64,000 bases of DNA, taken from Auanema rhodensis (taxonomy: Eukaryota > Animalia > Nematoda). The notes under the pieces are model-generated. The model was not told the origin of the DNA. It saw only the letters and a list, made by a program, of their open reading frames with translations, and did no database searches. Shown here piece after piece: positions 1 through 11,888 of the stretch (position 1 is its first letter; the number at the start of each line of letters is the position of its first letter). The position numbers and the translations under genes are program-made. Where the stretch lies: contig OZ059896.1 in NCBI GenBank assembly GCA_964057225.1, positions 3,348,001 through 3,412,000 on the forward strand, given 5' to 3'.

Positions 1-79
1 ATCACAAAAATTAGTTATGATCGTTTGAAAAATGATGCATTAGTGTATGTTGAGTTTCCATGTACACTCAAAATTGCTT

Positions 80-149
80 CCAAAAACATTTTGACAAAAA
101 TTTTTTCGAAAAATTTCAAAATAATTTAGCAAAAAGTAGATGTTTTTAG
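80..149. repeat. AT-rich imperfect dyad / A-T tract block (per monomer)
   Basis: CCAAAAACATTT(80-91) versus AGATGTTTTTAG(138-149) is 10/12 complementary. There is an internal perfect palindrome TTTTTCGAAAAA (102-113) flanked by TTTTGA(89-94)/TCAAAA(116-121). Confidence 0.65.
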
Positions 150-224
150 ATTCCTTCTTTCAAGGCAAAAACGATGGACAATGTTATTCAACGAAAAAAT
201 TAATTCTTCAGGGTGAAAATCGAG

Positions 225-246
225 GATATAAGTGTGAACTTATATC
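225..246. repeat. Perfect 9-bp inverted repeat with 4-nt loop (per monomer)
   Basis: GATATAAGT-gtga-ACTTATATC. Confidence 0.9.
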
Positions 247-607
247 AGTTGATATCTCGGTGCATTTTTAAGCTAGCGCAAATCTGCTAACACAGATCGA
301 CGCAGCTTAAAAGTCCGCATCGAATGCACTATACTACATTAAGAAAAGCTTAATACAAAAATTAGTTATGATCGTTTGAAAAATGATGCATTAGTGTATG
401 TTGAGTTTCCATGTACACTCAAAATTGCTTCCAAAAACATTTTGACAAAAATTTTTTCGAAAAATTTCAAAATAATTTAGCAAAAAGTAGATGTTTTTAG
501 ATTCCTTCTTTCAAGGCAAAAACGATGGGCAATGTTATTCAACGAAAAAAATAATTCTTCAGGGTGAAAATCGAGGATATAAGTGTGAACTTATATCAGT
601 TGATATC

Positions 608-674
608 TCGGTGCATTTTTAAGCTAGCGCAAATCTGATAACACAGATCGACGCAGCTTAAAAATCCGCATCGA
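608..674. repeat. Long imperfect inverted repeat (67-nt hairpin), present in each monomer; copy 2 shown
   Basis: TCGGTGC(608-614)/GCATCGA(668-674), ATTTTTAAGCT(615-625)/AGCTTAAAAAT(655-665), GCG(627-629)/CGC(652-654) and ATCTG(633-637)/CAGAT(644-648), with loop ATAACA. This gives 26 potential pairs including one G-T. Confidence 0.88.
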
Positions 675-1098
675 ATGCATTATACTACATGGAGAAACGC
701 TCATCACAAAAATTAGTTATGATCGTTTGAAAAATGATGCATTAGTGTATGTTGAGTTTACATGTACACTCAACATTGCTTCCAAAAACATTTTGACAAA
801 ATTTTTTCGAAAAATTTCAAAATAATTTCGCAAAAAGTAGATGTTTTTAGATTCCTTTTTTTGAGGCAAAAACGATGGACAATGTTATTCAACGAAAAAA
901 TTAATTCTTCAGGGTGAAAATCGAGGATATAAGTGTGAACTTATATCAGTTAATATCTCGGTGCATTTTTAAGCTAGCGCAAATCTGATAACACAGATCG
1001 ACGCAGCTTAAAAAACCGCATCGAATGCACTATATTACATTGAGAAAAGCTTAATACAAAAATTAGTTATGATCGTTTGAAAAATGATGCATTAGTGT

Positions 1099-1126
1099 AT
1101 GTTGAGTTTCCATGTACACTCAACAT
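1099..1126. repeat. 9-bp inverted repeat, perfect only in monomers carrying the CAACATT allele
   Basis: ATGTTGAGT-ttccatgtac-ACTCAACAT. CAAAATT-allele copies carry one mismatch. Confidence 0.8.
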
Positions 1127-4051
1127 TGCTTCCAAAAACATTTTGACAAAAATTTTTTCGAAAAATTTCAAAATAATTTAGCAAAAAGTAGATGTTTTTA
1201 GATTCCTTCTTTCAAGGCAAAAACGATGGACAATGTTATTCAACGAAAAAATTAATTCTTCAGGGTGAAAATCGAGGATATAAGAGTGAACTTATATCAG
1301 TTGATATCTCGGTGCATTTTTAAGCTAGCGCAAATCTGATAACACAGATCGACGCAGCTTAAAAATCCGCATCGAATGCATTATACTACATGGAGAAACG
1401 CTCATCACAAAAATTAGTTATGATCGTTTGAAAAATGATGCATTAGTGTATGTTGAGTTTCCATGTACACTCAAAATTGCTTCCAAAAACATTTTGACAA
1501 AAATTTTTTCGAAAAATTTCAAAATAATTTAGCAAAAAGTAGATGTTTTTAGATTCCTTCTTTCAAGGCAAAAACGATGGACAATGTTATTCAACGAAAA
1601 AATTAATTCTTCAGGGTGAAAATCGAGGATATAAGTGTGAACTTATATCAGTTGATATCTCGGTGCATTTTTAAGCTAGCGCAAATCTGATAACACAGAT
1701 CGACGCAGCTTAAAAGTCCGCATCGAATGCACTATACTACATTAAGAAAAGCTTAATACAAAAATTAGTTATGATCGTTTGAAAAATGATGCATTAGTGT
1801 ATGTTGAGTTTCCATGTACACTCAAAATTGCTTCCAAAAACATTTTGACAAAAATTTTTTCGAAAAATTTCAAAATAATTTAGCAAAAAGTAGATGTTTT
1901 TAGATTCCTTCTTTCAAGGCAAAAACGATGGACAATGTTATTCAACGAAAAAATTAATTCTTCAGGGTGAAAATCGAGGAAATAAGTGTGAACTTATATC
2001 AGTTGATATCTCGGTGCATTTTTAGGCTAGCGCAAATCTGATAACACAGATCGACGCAGCTTAAAAGTCCGCATCGAATGCACTATACTACATTAAGAAA
2101 AGCTTAATACAAAAATTAGTTATGATCGTTTGAAAAATGATGCATTAGTGTATGTTGAGTTTCCATGTACACTCAACATTGCTTCCAAAAACATTTTGAC
2201 AAAAATTTTTTCGAAAAATTTCAAAATAATTTAGCAAAAAGTAGATGTTTTTAGATTCCTTCTTTCAAGGCAAAAACGATGGACAATGTTATTCAACGAA
2301 AAAATTAATTCTTCAGGGTGAAAATCGAGGATATAAGAGTGAACTTATATCAGTTGATATCTCGGTGCATTTTTAAGCTAGCGCAAATCTGATAACACAG
2401 ATCGACGCAGCTTAAAAATCCGCATCGAATGCATTATACTACATGGAGAAACGCTCATCACAAAAATTAGTTATGATCGTTTGAAAAATGATGCATTAGT
2501 GTATGTTGAGTTTCCATGTACACTCAAAATTGCTTCCAAAAACATTTTGACAAAAATTTTTTCGAAAAATTTCAAAATAATTTAGCAAAAAGTAGATGTT
2601 TTTAGATTTCTTCTTTCAAGGCAAAAACGATGGACAATGTTATTCAACGAAAAAATTAATTCTTCAGGGTGAAAATCGAGGATATAAGTGTGAACTTATA
2701 TCAGTTGATATCTCGGTGCATTTTTAAGCTAGCGCAAATCTGCTAACACAGATCGACGCAGCTTAAAAGTCCGCATCGAATGCACTATACTACATTAAGA
2801 AAAGCTTAATACAAAAATTAGTTATGATCGTTTGAAAAATGATGCATTAGTGTATGTTGAGTTTCCATGTACACTCAAAATTGCTTCCAAAAACATTTTG
2901 ACAAAAATTTTTTCGAAAAATTTCAAAATAATTTAGCAAAAAGTAGATGTTTTTAGATTCCTTCTTTCAAGGCAAAAACGATGGACAATGTTATTCAACG
3001 AAAAAATTAATTCTTCAGGGTGAAAATCGAGGATATAAGTGTGAACTTATATCAGTTGATATCTCGGTGCATTTTTAAGCTAGCGCAAATCTGATAACAC
3101 AGATCGACGCAGCTTAAAAGTCCGCATCGAATGCACTATACTACATTAAGAAAAGCTTAATACAAAAATTAGTTATGATCGTTTGAAAAATGATGCATTA
3201 GTGTATGTTGAGTTTCCATGTACACTCAAAATTGCTTCCAAAAACATTTTGACAAAAATTTTTTCGAAAAATTTCAAAATAATTTAGCAAAAAGTAGATG
3301 TTTTTAGATTCCTTCTTTCAAGGCAAAAACGATGGGCAATGTTATTCAACGAAAAAATTAATTCTTCAGGGTGAAAATCGAGGATATAAGTGTGAACTTA
3401 TATCAGTTGATATCTCGGTGCATTTTTAAGCTAGCGCAAATCTGATAACACAGATCGACGCAGCTTAAAAATCCGCATCGAATGCATTATACTACATGGA
3501 GAAACGCTCATCACAAAAATTAGTTATGATCGTTTGAAAAATGATGCATTAGTGTATGTTGAGTTTCCATGTACACTCAAAATTGCTTCCAAAAACATTT
3601 TGACAAAAATTTTTTCCAAAAATTTCAAAATAATTTAGCAAAAAGTAGATGTTTTTAGATTCCTTCTTTCAAGGCAAAAACGATGGACAATGTTATTCAA
3701 CGAAAAAATTAATTCTTCAGGGTGAAAATCGAGGATATAAGTGTGAACTTATATCAGTTGATATCTCGGTGCATTTTTAAGCTAGCGCAAATCTGCTAAC
3801 ACAGATCGACGCAGCTTAAAAGTCCGCATCGAATGCACTATACTACATTAAGAAAAGCTTAATACAAAAATTAGTTATGATCGTTTGAAAAATGATGCAT
3901 TAGTGTATGTTGAGTTTCCATGTACACTCAAAATTGCTTCCAAAAACATTTTGACAAAAATTTTTTCGAAAAATTTCAAAATAATTCAGCAAAAAGTAGA
4001 TGTTTTTAGATTCCTTCTTTCAAGGCAAAAACGATGGACAATGTTATTCAA

Positions 4052-7000
4052 CGAAAAAATTAATTCTTCAGGGTGAAAATCGAGGATATAAGTGTGAACT
4101 TATATCAGTTGATATCTCGGTGCATTTTTAAGCTAGCGCAAATCTGATAACACAGATCGACGCAGCTTAAAAGTCCGCATCGAATGCACTATACTACATT
4201 AAGAAAAGCTTAATACAAAAATTAGTTATGATCGTTTGAAAAATGATGCATTAGTGTATGTTGAGTTTCCATGTACACTCAAAATTGCTTCCAAAAACAT
4301 TTTGACAAAAATTTTTTCGAAAAATTTCAAAATAATTTAGCAAAAAGTAGATGTTTTTAGATTCCTTCTTTCAAGGCAAAAACGATGGGCAATGTTATTC
4401 AACGAAAAAATTAATTCTTCAGGGTGAAAATCGAGGATATAAGTGTGAACTTATATCAGTTGATATCTCGGTGCATTTTTAAGCTAGCGCAAATCTGATA
4501 ACACAGATCGACGCAGCTTAAAAATCCGCATCGAATGCATTATACTACATGGAGAAACGCTCATCACAAAAATTAGTTATGATCGTTTGAAAAATGATGC
4601 ATTAGTGTATGTTGAGTTTCCATGTACACTCAACATTGCTTCCAAAAACATTTTGACAAAATTTTTTCGAAAAATTTCAAAATAATTTCGCAAAAAGTAG
4701 ATGTTTTTAGATTCCTTTTTTTGAGGCAAAAACGATGGACAATGTTATTCAACGAAAAAATTAATTCTTCAGGGTGAAAATCGAGGATATAAGTGTGAAC
4801 TTATATCAGTTAATATCTCGGTGCATTTTTAAGCTAGCGCAAATCTGATAACACAGATCGACGCAGCTTAAAAAACCGCATCGAATGCACTATATTACAT
4901 TGAGAAAAGCTTAATACAAAAATTAGTTATGATCGTTTGAAAAATGATGCATTAGTGTATGTTGAGTTTCCATGTACACTCAACATTGCTTCCAAAAACA
5001 TTTTGACAAAAATTTTTTCGAAAAATTTCAAAATAATTTAGCAAAAAGTAGATGTTTTTAGATTCCTTCTTTCAAGGCAAAAACGATGGACAATGTTATT
5101 CAACGAAAAAATTAATTCTTCAGGGTGAAAATCGACGATATAAGAGTGAACTTATATCAGTTGATATCTCGGTGCATTTTTAAGCTAGCGCAAATCTGAT
5201 AACACAGATCGACGCAGCTTAAAAATCCGCATCGAATGCATTATACTACATGGAGAAACGCTCATCACAAAAATTTGTTATGATCGTTTGAAAAATGATG
5301 CATTAGTGTATGTTGAGTTTCCATGTACACTCAACATTGCTTCCAAAAACATTTTGACAAAATTTTTTCGAAAAATTTCAGAATAATTTAGCAAAAAGTA
5401 GATGTTTTTAGATTCCTTTTTTCGAGGCAAAAACGATGGACAATGTTATTCAACGAAAAAATTAATTCTTCAGGGTGAAAATCGAGGATATAAGTGTGAA
5501 CTTATATCAGTTAATATCTCGGTGCATTTTTAAGCTAGCGCAAATCTGATAACATAGATCGACGCAGCTTAAAAGTCCGCATCGAATGCACTATACTACA
5601 TTAAGAAAAGCTTAATACAAAAATTAGTTATGATCGTTTGAAAAATGATGCATTAGTGTATGTTGAGTTTCCATGTACACTCAAAATTGCTTCCAAAAAC
5701 ATTTTGACAAAAATTTTTTCGAAAAATTTCAAAATAATTTAGCAAAAAGTAGATGTTTTTAGATTCCTTTTTTCGAGGCAAAAACGATGGACAATGTTAT
5801 TCAACGAAAAAATTAATTCTTCAGGGTGAAAATCGAGGATATAAGTGTGAACTTATATCAGTTAATATCTCGGTGCATTTTTAAGCTAGCGCAAATCTGA
5901 TAACACAGATCGAAGCAGCTTAAAAATCCGCATCGAATGCACTATATTACATTGAGGAAAGCTTAATACAAAAATTAGTTATGATTGTTTGAAAAATGAT
6001 GCATTAGTGTATGTTGAGTTTCCATGTACACTCAAAATTGCTTCCAAAAACATTTTGACAAAAATTTTTTCGAAAAATTTCAAAATAATTTAGCAAAAAG
6101 TAGATGTTTTTAGATTCCTTCTTTCAAGGCAAAAACGATGGACAATGTTATTCAACGAAAAAATTAATTCTTCAGGGTGAAAATCGAGGAAATAAGTGTG
6201 AACTTATATCAGTTGATATCTCGGTGCATTTTTAAGCTAGCGCAAATCTGATAACACAGATCGACGCAGCTTAAAAGTCCGCATCGAATGCACTATACTA
6301 CATTAAGAAAAGCTTAATACAAAAATTAGTTATGATCGTTTGAAAAATGATGCATTAGTGTATGTTGAGTTTCCATGTACACTCAAAATTGCTTCCAAAA
6401 ACATTTTGACAAAAATTTTTTCGAAAAATTTCAAAATAATTTAGCAAAAAGTAGATGTTTTTAGATTCCTTTTTTTAAGGCAAGAACGATGGACAATGTT
6501 ATTCAACGAAAAAATTAATTCTTCAGGGTGAAAATCGAGGATATAAGTGTGAACTTATATCAGTTGATATCTCGGTGCATTTTTAAGCTAGCGCAAATCT
6601 GATAACACAGATCGACGCAGCTTAAAAATCCGCATCGAATGCACTATATTACATGGAGGAAAGCTTAATACAAAAATTAGTTATGATTGTTTGAAAAATG
6701 ATGCATTAGTGTATGTTGAGTTTCCATGTACACTCAAAATTGCTTCCAAAAACATTTTGACAAAAATTTTTTCGAAAAATTTCAAAATAATTTAGCAAAA
6801 AGTAGATGTTTTTAGATTCCTTCTTTCAAGGCAAAAACGATGGACAATGTTATTCAACGAAAAAATTAATTCTTCAGGGTGAAAATCGAGGATATAAGTG
6901 TGAACTTATATCAGTTGATATCTCGGTGCATTTTTAAGCTAGCGCAAATCTGATAACACAGATCGACGCAGCTTAAAAATCCGCATCGAATGCACTATAT

Positions 7001-10000
7001 TACATTGAGGAAAGCTTAATATAAAAATTAGTTATGATCGTTTGAAAAATGATGCATTAGTGTATGTTGAGTTTCCATGTACACTCAAAATTGCTTCCAA
7101 AAACATTTTGACAAAAATTTTTTCGAAAAATTTCAAAATAATTTAGCAAAAAGTAGATGTTTTTAGATTCCTTCTTTCAAGGCAAAAACGATGGACAATG
7201 TTATTCAACGAAAAAATTAATTCTTCAGGGAGAAAATCGAGGATATAAGTGTGAACTTATATCAGTTGATATCTCGGTGCATTTTTAAGCTAGCGCAAAT
7301 CTGATAACACAGATCGACGCAGCTTAAAAATCCGCATCGAATGCACTATATTACATTGAGGAAAGCTTAATACAAAAATTAGTTATGATTGTTTGAAAAA
7401 TGATGCATTAGTGTATGTTGAGTTTCCATGTACACTCAAAATTGCTTCCAAAAACATTTTGACAAAAATTTTTTCGAAAAATTTCAAAATAATTTAGCAA
7501 AAAGTAGATGTTTTTAGATTCCTTCTTTCAAGGCAAAAACGATGGACAATGTTATTCAACGAAAAAATTAATTCTTCAGGGTGAAAATCGAGGATATAAG
7601 TGTGAACTTATATCAGTTGATATCTCGGTGCATTTTTAAGCTAGCGCAAATCTGATAACACAGATCGACGCAGCTTAAAAATCCGCATCGAATGCATTAT
7701 ACTACATGGAGAAACGCTCATCACAAAAATTAGTTATGATCGTTTGAAAAATGATGCATTAGTGTATGTTGAGTTTCCATGTACACTCAACATTGCTTCC
7801 AAAAACATTTTGACAAAATTTTTTCGAAAAATTTCAAAATAATTTCGCAAAAAGTAGATGTTTTTAGATTCCTTTTTTTGAGGCAAAAACGATGGACAAT
7901 GTTATTCAGCGAAAAAATTAATTCTTCAGGGTGAAAATCGAGGATATAAGTGTGAACTTATATCAGTTGATATCTCGGTGCATTTTTAAGCTAGCGCAAA
8001 TCTGATAACACAGATCGACGCAGCTTAAAAGTCCGCATCGAATGCACTATACTACATTAAGAAAAGCTTAATACAAAAATTAGTTATGATCGTTTGAAAA
8101 ATGATGCATTAGTGTATGTTGAGTTTCCATGTACACTCAAAATTGCTTCCAAAAACATTTTGACAAAAATTTTTTCGAAAAATTTCAAAATAATTTAGCA
8201 AAAAGTAGATGTTTTTAGATTCCTTCTTTCAAGGCAAAAACGATGGGCAATGTTATTCAACGAAAAAATTAATTCTTCAGGGTGAAAATCGAGGATATAA
8301 GTGTGAACTTATATCAGTTGATATCTCGGTGCATTTTTAAGCTAGCGCAAATCTGATAACACAGATCGACGCAGCTTAAAAATCCGCATCGAATGCATTA
8401 TACTACATGGAGAAACGCTCATCACAAAAATTAGTTATGATCGTTTGAAAAATGATGCATTAGTGTATGTTGAGTTTCCATGTACACTCAACATTGCTTC
8501 CAAAAACATTTTGACAAAATTTTTTCGAAAAATTTCAAAATAATTTCGCAAAAAGTAGATGTTTTTAGATTCCTTTTTTTGAGGCAAAAACGATGGACAA
8601 TGTTATTCAACGAAAAAATTAATTCTTCAGGGTGAAAATCGAGGATATAAGTGTGAACTTATATCAGTTAATATCTCGGTGCATTTTTAAGCTAGCGCAA
8701 ATCTGATAACACAGATCGACGCAGCTTAAAAAACCGCATCGAATGCACTATATTACATTGAGAAAAGCTTAATACAAAAATTAGTTATGATCGTTTGAAA
8801 AATGATGCATTAGTGTATGTTGAGTTTCCATGTACACTCAACATTGCTTCCAAAAACATTTTGACAAAAATTTTTTCGAAAAATTTCAAAATAATTTAGC
8901 AAAAAGTAGATGTTTTTAGATTCCTTCTTTCAAGGCAAAAACGATGGACAATGTTATTCAACGAAAAAATTAATTCTTCAGGGTGAAAATCGACGATATA
9001 AGAGTGAACTTATATCAGTTGATATCTCGGTGCATTTTTAAGCTAGCGCAAATCTGATAACACAGATCGACGCAGCTTAAAAATCCGCATCGAATGCATT
9101 ATACTACATGGAGAAACGCTCATCACAAAAATTTGTTATGATCGTTTGAAAAATGATGCATTAGTGTATGTTGAGTTTCCATGTACACTCAACATTGCTT
9201 CCAAAAACATTTTGACAAAATTTTTTCGAAAAATTTCAGAATAATTTAGCAAAAAGTAGATGTTTTTAGATTCCTTTTTTCGAGGCAAAAACGATGGACA
9301 ATGTTATTCAACGAAAAAATTAATTCTTCAGGGTGAAAATCGAGGATATAAGTGTGAACTTATATCAGTTAATATCTCGGTGCATTTTTAAGCTAGCGCA
9401 AATCTGATAACATAGATCGACGCAGCTTAAAAGTCCGCATCGAATGCACTATACTACATTAAGAAAAGCTTAATACAAAAATTAGTTATGATCGTTTGAA
9501 AAATGATGCATTAGTGTATGTTGAGTTTCCATGTACACTCAAAATTGCTTCCAAAAACATTTTGACAAAAATTTTTTCGAAAAATTTCAAAATAATTTAG
9601 CAAAAAGTAGATGTTTTTAGATTCCTTTTTTCGAGGCAAAAACGATGGACAATGTTATTCAACGAAAAAATTAATTCTTCAGGGTGAAAATCGAGGATAT
9701 AAGTGTGAACTTATATCAGTTAATATCTCGGTGCATTTTTAAGCTAGCGCAAATCTGATAACACAGATCGAAGCAGCTTAAAAATCCGCATCGAATGCAC
9801 TATATTACATTGAGGAAAGCTTAATACAAAAATTAGTTATGATTGTTTGAAAAATGATGCATTAGTGTATGTTGAGTTTCCATGTACACTCAAAATTGCT
9901 TCCAAAAACATTTTGACAAAAATTTTTTCGAAAAATTTCAAAATAATTTAGCAAAAAGTAGATGTTTTTAGATTCCTTCTTTCAAGGCAAAAACGATGGA

Positions 10001-11888
10001 CAATGTTATTCAACGAAAAAATTAATTCTTCAGGGTGAAAATCGAGGAAATAAGTGTGAACTTATATCAGTTGATATCTCGGTGCATTTTTAAGCTAGCG
10101 CAAATCTGATAACACAGATCGACGCAGCTTAAAAGTCCGCATCGAATGCACTATACTACATTAAGAAAAGCTTAATACAAAAATTAGTTATGATCGTTTG
10201 AAAAATGATGCATTAGTGTATGTTGAGTTTCCATGTACACTCAAAATTGCTTCCAAAAACATTTTGACAAAAATTTTTTCGAAAAATTTCAAAATAATTT
10301 AGCAAAAAGTAGATGTTTTTAGATTCCTTTTTTTAAGGCAAGAACGATGGACAATGTTATTCAACGAAAAAATTAATTCTTCAGGGTGAAAATCGAGGAT
10401 ATAAGTGTGAACTTATATCAGTTGATATCTCGGTGCATTTTTAAGCTAGCGCAAATCTGATAACACAGATCGACGCAGCTTAAAAATCCGCATCGAATGC
10501 ACTATATTACATGGAGGAAAGCTTAATACAAAAATTAGTTATGATTGTTTGAAAAATGATGCATTAGTGTATGTTGAGTTTCCATGTACACTCAAAATTG
10601 CTTCCAAAAACATTTTGACAAAAATTTTTTCGAAAAATTTCAAAATAATTTAGCAAAAAGTAGATGTTTTTAGATTCCTTCTTTCAAGGCAAAAACGATG
10701 GACAATGTTATTCAACGAAAAAATTAATTCTTCAGGGTGAAAATCGAGGATATAAGTGTGAACTTATATCAGTTGATATCTCGGTGCATTTTTAAGCTAG
10801 CGCAAATCTGATAACACAGATCGACGCAGCTTAAAAATCCGCATCGAATGCACTATATTACATTGAGGAAAGCTTAATATAAAAATTAGTTATGATCGTT
10901 TGAAAAATGATGCATTAGTGTATGTTGAGTTTCCATGTACACTCAAAATTGCTTCCAAAAACATTTTGACAAAAATTTTTTCGAAAAATTTCAAAATAAT
11001 TTAGCAAAAAGTAGATGTTTTTAGATTCCTTCTTTCAAGGCAAAAACGATGGACAATGTTATTCAACGAAAAAATTAATTCTTCAGGGAGAAAATCGAGG
11101 ATATAAGTGTGAACTTATATCAGTTGATATCTCGGTGCATTTTTAAGCTAGCGCAAATCTGATAACACAGATCGACGCAGCTTAAAAATCCGCATCGAAT
11201 GCACTATATTACATTGAGGAAAGCTTAATACAAAAATTAGTTATGATTGTTTGAAAAATGATGCATTAGTGTATGTTGAGTTTCCATGTACACTCAAAAT
11301 TGCTTCCAAAAACATTTTGACAAAAATTTTTTCGAAAAATTTCAAAATAATTTAGCAAAAAGTAGATGTTTTTAGATTCCTTCTTTCAAGGCAAAAACGA
11401 TGGACAATGTTATTCAACGAAAAAATTAATTCTTCAGGGTGAAAATCGAGGATATAAGTGTGAACTTATATCAGTTGATATCTCGGTGCATTTTTAAGCT
11501 AGCGCAAATCTGATAACACAGATCGACGCAGCTTAAAAATCCGCATCGAATGCATTATACTACATGGAGAAACGCTCATCACAAAAATTAGTTATGATCG
11601 TTTGAAAAATGATGCATTAGTGTATGTTGAGTTTCCATGTACACTCAACATTGCTTCCAAAAACATTTTGACAAAATTTTTTCGAAAAATTTCAAAATAA
11701 TTTCGCAAAAAGTAGATGTTTTTAGATTCCTTTTTTTGAGGCAAAAACGATGGACAATGTTATTCAGCGAAAAAATTAATTCTTCAGGGTGAAAATCGAG
11801 GATATAAGTGTGAACTTATATCAGTTGATATCTCGGTGCATTTTTAAGCTAGCGCAAATCTGATAACACAGATCGACGCAGCTTAAAA
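4052..11888. repeat. Tandem duplication of an 11-monomer block (period 3858 bp)
   Basis: Rare variants recur at +3858: GATGGGC 4389/8247, CGACGAT 5136/8994 and TTCAGCG 7909/11767, plus ATTTGTT, TTCAGAAT, CGAAGC, CAAGAAC and GGGAGA in the same order. Identity breaks at 4051/7909 and 8031/11889. Confidence 0.9.

Larger units (their letters stand above)
1..351. repeat. Representative 351-bp monomer (phase arbitrary)
   Basis: Hand count gives 54 C, 56 G (31% GC) and 11 CpG. It has an A/T-tract-rich part (about 80-220) and a GC-richer part (about 250-330). The 350-bp form differs by GACAAAA versus GACAAAAA before TTTTTTCG. Confidence 0.97.

Noticed and set aside
104-120. CENP-B box
   Set aside because: TTCGAAAAA matches only the first half of NTTCGNNNNANNCGGGN; the CGGG part is absent.
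82-147. Helically phased A-tracts causing intrinsic curvature
   Set aside because: A-tract starts (82, 96, 109, 118, 131) are spaced 9-14 bp apart rather than at a clean 10.5-bp phase, so this cannot be claimed without a curvature calculation.
205-211. Hammerhead ribozyme core (CUGAAGA on the - strand with downstream GAAA), as known from newt, schistosome and cave-cricket satellites
   Set aside because: I could not build stems I, II and III around the motif, and the + strand CTGATAA does not match CUGANGA. An Infernal/Rfam or RNAMotif scan of a dimer would be decisive.
1-351. Internal 2 x 175-bp dimer structure
   Set aside because: Only weak similarity (GTTAT...GAAAAA) exists between the halves, which is not distinguishable from chance in AT-rich DNA.
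1-351. Assignment to known satellites of similar size (Drosophila 359-bp 1.688 family, Tribolium 340-360-bp satellites) or to 5S/spliced-leader arrays
   Set aside because: The resemblance is in length only. I recognise no diagnostic sequence, and no 5S or SL RNA motifs were seen; a database search is needed.
618-690. tRNA-like or Pol III A/B boxes (TAGCGCAAATCTG ... CATCGAATGC at roughly tRNA spacing)
   Set aside because: The B box lacks GTTCG, and the D, anticodon, T and acceptor stems do not pair. This is probably coincidence; tRNAscan-SE would settle it.
3885-4076. 63-aa ORF on the + strand
   Set aside because: It exists only because a private T>C at 3987 turns TAG into CAG in this one copy. 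It has a TTG start and no recognisable domain, and the other copies do not give this ORF.
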